Part shown: positions 38,168 to 44,369 of the stretch, piece by piece | How the letters are laid out: every line of letters begins with the position of its first letter | Position numbering within the stretch: the stretch's first letter is position 1 | IMG/VR virus record: IMGVR_UViG_3300032030_000026 | Span: 1-64,000 of that record | Source: a virus | Taxonomy: Duplodnaviria > Caudoviricetes | Reading direction: 5' to 3' (one strand) | DNA: 64,000 nucleotides | Made by a program: the position numbers and the translations under genes | The notes under the pieces: model-generated | The model's database searches: none | Told to the model about the DNA's origin: nothing | Seen by the model: the letters and a program-made list of their open reading frames with translations, nothing else

Positions 38168-38228
38168 CTTAAGATTCTCTGAAATCGTTTATATAATATC
38201 ACAAGAGAGAAGTTCTTTGACATATTGG
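38168..38228 (+). promoter_or_regulatory. internal phage promoter plus rrn-type boxA
   Basis: CTTAAG-N12-CGTTTATATA, then GTTCTTTGACATATTGG. Confidence 0.65.
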
Positions 38229-38249
38229 AAAGATCATAGATAAGAAAGT

Positions 38250-38359
38250 TACGGGTTGAAATGCCGGTTCGAGCCCGGCCCTGTCCGCCATTAAGAAAGG
38301 CCTTCGGAAAATCATTCGGAGGGTGCGGGTGGGTTGACAAAGGGATAGTCTGGCCCGTA
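38250..38359 (+). ncRNA. circularly permuted tRNA-like (YrlA-type) RNA with internal CCA
   Basis: TACGGGTT/GGCCCGTA terminal stem; T arm GCCGG-TTCGAGC-CCGGC; CCTGTCC-G-CCA; linker; GCGGGTGGG; D arm. Confidence 0.7.
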
Positions 38360-38363
38360 TTTT

Positions 38364-38437
38364 GCCCTGATAGCCCAACTGGCAGAGGCCTGCGGCTTAG
38401 AACCGCAACAGTGCGAGTTCGAATCTCGCTCGGGGCA
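38364..38437 (+). tRNA. tRNA-Leu(TAG), short variable arm
   Basis: TGCGG-CTTAGAA-CCGCA; ACAGT. Confidence 0.88.
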
Positions 38438-38545
38438 CAAAGATCAGCAGACTGAATCAAGAAAAGCATAGAACAACAAAACAAAGAACAGAACGGCTGC
38501 CTCTTTACAAGTTTTCTTGAGCTGAAGGCCGTTTTAGCTGCTGAT

Positions 38546-39116
38546 CCGGATGAGGTGAAATGATATATCCTCGCAAAGCACGGACAGGATCTCGTGAAGG
38601 TCTCAATCTTATTGGAACTAGTAGATTCCGGCTTTGAAAAGGCCACAATAGTGGTAACACCGTATGGTATTATAATACACTAGTTCTGTGTAATCTGCTC
38701 GAAACACTTATATAGAAGGAGAGAGCTGGAATCTTGGGTGCCAAACATAGACGAAAGACCGAGTGATGCAAGATGGAGCCGAAGCGATAAATTATATAAA
38801 GAGGCTATCCGGTAAAGAACAATACTTGTCCCTGACAATAATATAGTCAAACAAAGATTTGATGTGCCTCAAAAAATGTCTCCGTGTTATTTGCACAGGT
38901 ACTTCTAAAAACCTCGGTTTTTGGATGATTAAATTTCACATTTTGAGAGAGTGTTATAAAAAAGGGAAAGCCGTGACGGATGGATATTCGATAGGTGTTT
39001 ATAAACACTGAAAGGAAGTATTGTCGCTTCGCCATCCACGGATGTAGCATCATGTCAGAACAAGTAAGTCTGGTGAGGTCCCTTATCCTTGCATGGCTGA
39101 AAGTTCATGTTCTTTA
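38546..39116 (+). ncRNA. large ornate ncRNA, probable ROOL RNA
   Basis: About 570 nt between tRNAs, no credible ORF; long-range helices CCGGAT/ATCCGG, ACAATACTT/AAGTATTGT, TAAAGAAC/GTTCTTTA; AGAACAAGTAAG..TGGTG segment matches ROOL as I recall it. Confidence 0.65.
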
Positions 39117-39122
39117 TTTGAT

Positions 39123-39196
39123 ATCCCGGTAGCCCAACCGGCAGAGGCACAGCGTTGAGGGCGCTGACAGTGGCAGTTCGAATCTGCCTCGGGATA
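39123..39196 (+). tRNA. tRNA-Leu(GAG), short variable arm
   Basis: CAGCG-TTGAGGG-CGCTG; ACAGT. Confidence 0.88.
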
Positions 39197-39276
39197 CTAA
39201 AAAAACCCATAGATATTACTTCTTTAGACTAACGTGTTAAAAAGCGGAACTGGTAAGAAAGTGAGAATGGGTATAA

Positions 39277-39490
39277 AAAGTCAAGAACATTCCACCAAGT
39301 AGCGTTCGGGGTAAGTGTCAGGCAAATGTCGACTTCTTCCTGGTGCGGTGTCTCGGAGCCAAAGAGCTGCCGTCAGCCCGATGAACGGTGTTGGTTATCG
39401 TGAGGTGCCATAAGGTGCAACGCAACAGTGCGGTTTGCGAAGAGCATATAACCAACGCACAGTCCGTAGCTCGTAAATTTTCTTGGCTTT
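39277..39490 (+). ncRNA. unassigned structured RNA, about 210 nt
   Basis: Closing helix AAAGTCAAGAA/TTCTTGGCTTT; internal GTGTTGGTTAT/ATAACCAACGC. Confidence 0.45.
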
Positions 39491-39494
39491 CTAT

Positions 39495-39570
39495 GGGGAA
39501 GTAGCTTAGCGGTCCAGAGCGACAATGGGTGTGACGCCCGGAGACATTGGTTCAAATCCAGTCTTCCCTG
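39495..39570 (+). ncRNA. tRNA-like RNA with distorted anticodon arm
   Basis: GGGGAAG/CTTCCCT; D and T arms intact; GGGTG-TGA-CGCCC. Confidence 0.6.
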
Positions 39571-39668
39571 CGAGAACAGCTGCTGCAACAGCTTAGTAAC
39601 TGGCGATGTCTGATATTTCAATGTGCCTTTGCAGGGGTTAGACAGAGAAGGGATCAGGTATCGAAAAA

Positions 39669-39738
39669 TTCTTATTCGTACAATCGGTTAGGACACCGGC
39701 GATGGTCGGAAATGCTGGTTCGAGTCCAGCATAAGAGT
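39669..39738 (+). ncRNA. tRNA-like RNA with a 4-nt loop replacing the anticodon loop
   Basis: TTCTTAT/ATAAGAG; CCGGC-GATG-GTCGG; perfect T arm. Confidence 0.65.
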
Positions 39739-39743
39739 CAAAT

Positions 39744-39827
39744 AGAGAGTTAACTGCGGCGGCCTGCAGGCCGGTTTCGAAAACCGTGCGAGTCCTATGG
39801 CTTGGGGATCGACACCTCAGCTCTCTG
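39744..39827 (+). tRNA. tRNA-Ser(CGA), 8/4 fold
   Basis: AGAGAGTT/AGCTCTCT; loop TTCGAAA; T loop ATCGACA. Confidence 0.82.
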
Positions 39828-39835
39828 CAAACAAT

Positions 39836-39922
39836 GGAGAGCTAAGCCGGCGGGGCTGGCCGCTGTTTGGAAGACAGTCGGAGTCTGGAAGATGGCTTGG
39901 GGATCGAGACCTCAGTTCTCCG
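39836..39922 (+). tRNA. tRNA-Ser(GGA), 8/4 fold
   Basis: GGAGAGCT/AGTTCTCC; loop TTGGAAG. Confidence 0.82.
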
Positions 39923-39987
39923 CAAACTGTGGAACTATGGAAATGTCATTCATCCACGGGTCGTCCCCAAAACAAGAATGGCATATT

Positions 39988-40071
39988 GGAGAGTTAACTG
40001 CAGCGGCCTGCAGACCGGTCTTGAAAACCGTGGGAGTATAACAGCTTGGGGATCGACACCTCAGCTCTCCG
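39988..40071 (+). tRNA. tRNA-Ser(TGA), 8/4 fold
   Basis: GGAGAGTT/AGCTCTCC; loop CTTGAAA. Confidence 0.82.
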
Positions 40072-40324
40072 CAAAGGCTTCAGAAATGAAGTTAGGTGTC
40101 CTTGGGGAGACTTATAACCTTCCGACTGTGGGAAGCCCCCACTACAGCGTACCGAGGAACGTGGACATCCTCCATTGATGTAATTGCGCAATAAGTCAGT
40201 GGAGACTTCCAAGCAAATAATCCGCACGAAAGTGCGTCAATATATTGGGCATAATGGAAAGTAGTGTGCCGTACCGCAATTCGGGGCGCGAAACCGAGTT
40301 CATCTCGGTTGTCCACCAATTTTT

Positions 40325-40398
40325 GGGCTAGTGGCGCAATTGGTTAGCGCAGATGTCTTATACACATAAGGTTGGGGGTTCAAGTCCCTCCTAGCCCA
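40325..40398 (+). tRNA. tRNA-Ile(TAT)
   Basis: ATGT-CTTATAC-ACAT; Ile-type body, A73. Confidence 0.85.
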
Positions 40399-40515
40399 CT
40401 ATGAGAAGTGTATATAAACCTCAGGCGTGCGCCTATGGCTCGCAAAATCATAGGTAGTTATCGTTTATACGTAAAACAGCGGAAGGAGCGGCCCAACCGT
40501 AAGAGGCTGCGATAT

Positions 40516-40589
40516 GGTGTTAGTAGCTCAGTTGGTAGAGTGCTGGATTGTGGTTCCAGTGGTCGCAGGTTCGATCCCTGTCTAACACA
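40516..40589 (+). tRNA. tRNA-His(GTG)
   Basis: CTGGA-TTGTGGT-TCCAG; encoded G-1 opposite A73. Confidence 0.88.
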
Positions 40590-40754
40590 CTAAAGGATTG
40601 GTTGATCCGAGGTTCAAGAAGGCTTGCTTGAGATGGCTACACAGCAGGAAATGCTTGAGATGGAAACTGTGAAGGGACAGCCATAAGTCGTGAAGTACAG
40701 TTAGATGTGGAGGTCTGCTGAAAGAAGGTGACCGTGTAGGACAATCCAATCTAT

Positions 40755-40828
40755 AGCTCGATAGCCCAACCGGCAGAGGCGACAGATTCAAAACCTGTAC
40801 AGTGTGAGTTCGAATCTCACTCGGGCTA
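40755..40828 (+). tRNA. tRNA-Leu(CAA), short variable arm
   Basis: ACAG(A)-TTCAAAA-(C)CTGT; ACAGT. Confidence 0.85.
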
Positions 40829-40838
40829 CAATATATTT

Positions 40839-40967
40839 TGGGATGTAGTCGAATTGGTAGAGATGCCCGGGATGGTCCGGGAGGTTTGCAAATAATTTCG
40901 CGATGAATAGCAAACGGCACTCATTGGCCTGAGTGTCATAATGAAGGTTCGAATCCTTCCATCCCAG
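40839..40967 (+). ncRNA. 129-nt tRNA-like RNA with two-hairpin variable region
   Basis: TGGGATG/CATCCCA; CCCGG-GATGGT-CCGGG; perfect T arm. Confidence 0.65.
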
Positions 40968-41089
40968 CTAGTATCCGGCAACCTATATGAGCCGGGAATT
41001 CGAGAATATCTCGTTAATAGGTCAAGGCCATGCCCCTTGCTAGTGGGGGTTGGAGCTCATACGAAAATGTGAGAATCACTAGCGATTTT

Positions 41090-41163
41090 GCCGATGTAGC
41101 GGAGCTGGCTTCATGCGCCGCTCTCATAAGGCGGAGACGGTGGTTCGAGTCCACCCATCGGCA
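41090..41163 (+). tRNA. tRNA-Met(CAT), elongator type
   Basis: CCGCT-CTCATAA-GGCGG; paired 1:72. Confidence 0.85.
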
Positions 41164-41181
41164 CGAAAGCGAAAAAAGCTC

Positions 41182-41253
41182 CGGCGTGTAGCTCAGTAGG
41201 CAGAGCGGGCCAAGGTACTGGCCGGGTCCTCGGTTCGAGTCCGAGTGCGTCAA
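41182..41253 (+). ncRNA. tRNA-like RNA with 6-nt anticodon loop
   Basis: GGCCA-AGGTAC-TGGCC; C1:A72 mismatch; canonical D and T arms. Confidence 0.6.
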
Positions 41254-41312
41254 AGAGTTTGCAATTACTTCGCATACGGTACCTAGCTGAGGTTTTGCAC
41301 GTTTTCTCGCGA

Positions 41313-41386
41313 GCGGAGTTAGCTCAGTTGGAAGCAGCATCCGGCTTACATCCGGAGGGTCGGGGGTTCGAGTCCCTCATTCCGCA
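41313..41386 (+). tRNA. tRNA-Val(TAC)
   Basis: TCCGG-CTTACAT-CCGGA. Confidence 0.85.
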
Positions 41387-41534
41387 CTAAAAAATAAACC
41401 TTGTGATCCCAGAGGGGTTGGTCACTTCCAGCTGGTAGGTTATTTTTCTCTTTCATACGACTGTCAAGGGGTATTATCCATCGTGCAATGACAGTCCAAC
41501 ATAAAGAGTTTTCTTAAAGGTGAAGTGACACTTT

Positions 41535-41608
41535 GGCGCTGTGGGCAAACTGGTTAAGCCGCCACTCTTTCAAGGTGGAAACTACGGGTTCGAGCCCCGT
41601 CGGCGCTA
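41535..41608 (+). tRNA. tRNA-Glu(TTC), second copy
   Basis: CCACT-CTTTCAA-GGTGG. Confidence 0.85.
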
Positions 41609-41759
41609 CTGCGGAAGCAAATCAGTAATGGAGTTATGGGGGTCTGAGTGAAAGCTCAGAATGGAGTGGCTACTCCACGTTAAATATTAAAAGTAGCCTG
41701 GTGGACTTGCCATCGGGCGGGAACACAGAAAGCCGGCGCTGCAAAGACCGGCACACTAA

Positions 41760-41831
41760 GCCGGTGTAACTCAATGGTAGAGTATCGCACTTGTAATGCG
41801 GCGGTTGTGGGTTCGACTCCCTCCATAGGCA
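41760..41831 (+). tRNA. tRNA-Thr(TGT)
   Basis: TCGCA-CTTGTAA-TGCGG. Confidence 0.82.
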
Positions 41832-41850
41832 CTCATAAAACGTTATAATT

Positions 41851-42231
41851 ATGGAAAAGAAGATAAATGATCGTAGATATACAATTCTCGGAATTCACCG
41901 AAACGGTACATTATATGGATGGGCAGAGAATTCATTTTCCTTCTCCGCATCCGAGACGCACACTCGTGTATGGGGCGCGGAATATAAAGAATTCGGCGGT
42001 CGAAAATATTGGAAGCCGAACAGAAACCAGTCCAACTGGAACTATCTCAAAAAAGTTGCTGATGATCTGACTGCAAAGAAGTTTATGAACTGCGTCTGGA
42101 GAGTGTACCGAGTCGGCAGCAAGCACTGCCCAGCTGACATAGACTTCAGAACTTGCGATCTGATGAAACATGGTAAAATAAAATACGACAAATATCTGGC
42201 GAGAAACCACAGATTCTCGCCGAAACAATAA
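41851..42231 (+). CDS. basic hypothetical protein within the tRNA island
   Basis: 126-aa ORF filling the gap between RNA genes. Confidence 0.65.
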   Translation: MEKKINDRRYTILGIHRNGTLYGWAENSFSFSASETHTRVWGAEYKEFGGRKYWKPNRNQSNWNYLKKVADDLTAKKFMNCVWRVYRVGSKHCPADIDFRTCDLMKHGKIKYDKYLARNHRFSPKQ

Positions 42232-42494
42232 CGGGCGACCCGGATAATGGGGATTGAACAGGCGGATTAGCTACCGCTTACGCAATGGCGCTTCTGAGAC
42301 GGATCTCAGAGACAAGCCGTAAAGTGCGGAACCGAAAGTCCAATGAGCTGTAGACAATCGGCGCAAGCACCAGAACTCAGGCGATGACAGTTGCAATAGA
42401 GCTCAATAAAGAGCTGCCAAGTCTGAGTCATTCTCTGACTGGACAGGCCAGTCCAAGAAGAAGCGTTCAGGAGGTTCGACTCCTCCTCGCCCGA
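42232..42494 (+). ncRNA. 263-nt RNA framed by a tRNA acceptor stem and T arm
   Basis: CGGGCGA/TCGCCCG-A; GGAGG-TTCGACT-CCTCC; TGAAC/GTTCA helix encloses several hairpins. Confidence 0.65.
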
Positions 42495-42501
42495 CTAAGT
42501 T

Positions 42502-42586
42502 GGCTGAGTGGCGAAATTGGTAGTACGCTTCAGACTTAAAATCTGATGTCCGTAAGGACGTGCGGGTTCAAGTCCCGCCTCAGCTA
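42502..42586 (+). tRNA. tRNA-Leu(TAA), long variable arm
   Basis: TCAGA-CTTAAAA-TCTGA. Confidence 0.9.
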
Positions 42587-42659
42587 CAAACAGTGGACAT
42601 TTGGAGGGAAATTGTTAAAACGTTGTGATTCGCTCATGGAAATGTCCTAACAACGTTAC

Positions 42660-42732
42660 GCGTCAGTAGCTCAGTAGGTAGAGCACATCCCTTTTAAGGA
42701 TGGGGTCCCGGGTTCGAGTCCCGGCTGACGCA
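42660..42732 (+). tRNA. tRNA-Lys(TTT)
   Basis: CATCC-CTTTTAA-GGATG. Confidence 0.92.
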
Positions 42733-42739
42733 CTTATAA

Positions 42740-42822
42740 GGAGAGCTAAATCGGCGGGGCCGATCGCTGTTTGGAAGACAGTTGGAAGGTAACACTTTGG
42801 GGATCGAGACCTCAGTTCTCCG
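42740..42822 (+). tRNA. tRNA-Ser(GGA), 8/4 fold, second copy
   Basis: GGAGAGCT/AGTTCTCC; loop TTGGAAG. Confidence 0.82.
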
Positions 42823-42827
42823 CACAA

Positions 42828-42900
42828 GCCCTTGTAGCGCAATTGGTAGAGCATCTGTTTTGTAGTCAGAGGGTTGGGGGTTCAAGTCCTCTCAGGGGCT
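42828..42900 (+). tRNA. tRNA-Thr(TGT), second copy
   Basis: TCTG(T)-TTTGTAG-(T)CAGA. Confidence 0.82.
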
Positions 42901-42917
42901 CTTATTATAATTATATT

Positions 42918-42993
42918 GGGAGTTTAGCTCAGCTGGTTCAGTAGCGTCTGCCTTACAAGCAGAAGGTCGTTGGTTCGAATCCAACAACTCCCA
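42918..42993 (+). tRNA. tRNA-Val(TAC), second copy
   Basis: TCTGC-CTTACAA-GCAGA. Confidence 0.9.
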
Positions 42994-42998
42994 CAAAG

Positions 42999-43264
42999 CT
43001 GGCGTCGTTGACGCTCCGGTGAAAGGATGTTTGGACGAGGGGTTCGATTCCCTCTACCTCCACTATTTCTTAGCTGACCAACCAAGATGTTGGAACAGTT
43101 ACGGTGGCGGAAACTTAATATGAGATCCGTCACTTGCTTATGGGGGTAATTGGTTTTGACAGCATTTGAGTAAGAAGAGAAGAGATGCCGGTGAGTGAGA
43201 ATAAATCACAAAACAACTGTTCGTCTCGCTGCTTAAGCCTAGGGCTCACAACAAGCGAGGGTCC
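42999..43264 (+). ncRNA. ssrA: circularly permuted (two-piece) tmRNA
   Basis: T arm and TACCTCC-A (43055-43062) precede GGGGGTA-ATTGGTTTTGACAGC (from 43142); G3-U70; tag frame ending VRLAA-stop (43207-43236). Confidence 0.85.
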
Positions 43265-43293
43265 GGGGAGAACCAAATCTCCCCATTTCTTTT
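43265..43293 (+). terminator. intrinsic terminator after tmRNA
   Basis: GGGGAGA-ACCAAA-TCTCCCC followed by a T-rich tail. Confidence 0.7.
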
Positions 43294-43341
43294 GTAAATA
43301 TGGAAGATTGATTTCTTATTTTTAGGTAAATAAAACATATT

Positions 43342-43736
43342 ATGGCATTTATAACTAAGAATGAGGAAGAATTCAGACAAGGTCAAGAATTTTACAAAGA
43401 TATTATTCCGCTGTTCGTAAACGTATCGTAAACGTAAAGACCAACCATGAGACTATATACGGAATATCATGTCCACAGATTAATGATGTGCAAGAAATGA
43501 TCATAAATGCACTAAAAGAGGTTACCGTGCCGTTTGAAGGTTCTATAAGTGTCGAGCTAGGCTTGCTTTCCGATAGTTCTAAGTTCGTCACAGCAACAAA
43601 GATCAATTATGATCAATGGATCCAGATTAGAAATTACAATATAGAAATTGAATTAGAGGTTGCACATGTTCTAAGCAATGAATTCTTTGCGGGATTGTGC
43701 AATAAATATCTAAAATTAATAAACAAGCTGTCGTAG
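43342..43736 (+). pseudogene. frameshifted hypothetical gene (or 1-nt sequencing error)
   Basis: ATG 43342 frame stops near 43431; another frame runs open from about 43407 to 43736. Confidence 0.45.
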
Positions 43737-43800
43737 CTCAGTTGGTAGTAGAGCGTCCTTGGTAAGGAAGAGGTCGCCAGTTCAAGTCCGGCCGACTGCT
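43727..43800 (+). tRNA. tRNA-Thr(GGT)
   Basis: TCC-TTGGTAA-GGA; several stem mismatches. Confidence 0.75.
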
Positions 43801-43807
43801 CTTGATT

Positions 43808-43881
43808 GTCTCGGTGATGCAATTGGTAGACATGCTTCTCTTAAACAGAAGATCTTGAGAGTTCGAATCTCTCTCGGGACA
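43808..43881 (+). tRNA. tRNA-Leu(TAA), short variable arm
   Basis: CTTCT-CTTAAAC-AGAAG; 5-nt variable loop. Confidence 0.85.
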
Positions 43882-43898
43882 CGAAATAAATATAAGTT

Positions 43899-44168
43899 AT
43901 GAAATCAATATTAGAATCTATTAATGAATCCGAAAAGAAATATGATAATTTCCTGAATCTTCCTCCTATAACTGAACTCGGAGACGGTGAGTATGATTGC
44001 GCTGTTTGGGGACATAGTGTTGTTTGTGATGGTAAGAAATATTATTCGGAAATTGGTATAAAGAACATTTATCCTATCAAGATGAAGATAATCATCAAAG
44101 ACGGCAATGTTCGATTTGGGGATTCCGATAATCTTCAAAGAGCGGAATTGAAAAAACTTTTCGATTAA
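43899..44168 (+). CDS. hypothetical protein
   Basis: MKSILESINES start resembles the Glu-ending leaders. Confidence 0.65.
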   Translation: MKSILESINESEKKYDNFLNLPPITELGDGEYDCAVWGHSVVCDGKKYYSEIGIKNIYPIKMKIIIKDGNVRFGDSDNLQRAELKKLFD

Positions 44169-44176
44169 TCATAATT

Positions 44177-44249
44177 GTTCTTATAGCTCAATGGATCAGA
44201 GCACGGGCCTCCGGAGCCCGGGATCCGGGTTCGAATCCCGGTAGGAGCT
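44177..44249 (+). tRNA. tRNA-Arg(CCG)
   Basis: CGGGC-CTCCGGA-GCCCG. Confidence 0.88.
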
Positions 44250-44276
44250 CTATATGACATCTATGATCTTTTCATC

Positions 44277-44350
44277 GCCTCGATAGCTCAATGGATCAGA
44301 GCAACGCCCTTCTAAGGCGAAGGTTGAAGGTTCGACCCCTTCTCGAGGTA
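44277..44350 (+). tRNA. tRNA-Arg(TCT)
   Basis: CGCC-CTTCTAA-GGCG. Confidence 0.9.
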
Positions 44351-44369
44351 CTAAAAATTAAGAATTATT

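Noticed and set aside
42232-42494. RNase P RNA or a group I intron in a tRNA
   Set aside because: GAAAGTCC and TCAGAGAC words are present, but their spacing leaves no room for the RNase P or group I core. An Infernal search is needed to exclude this fully.
37603-42822. Selenocysteine tRNA
   Set aside because: The long-acceptor tRNAs carry Ser anticodons, none has TCA, and no sel genes are present.
34732-43133. Many short ORFs on both strands inside the RNA island
   Set aside because: They overlap tRNA and ncRNA genes and are translation artefacts. Only 41851-42231 is retained in this span.
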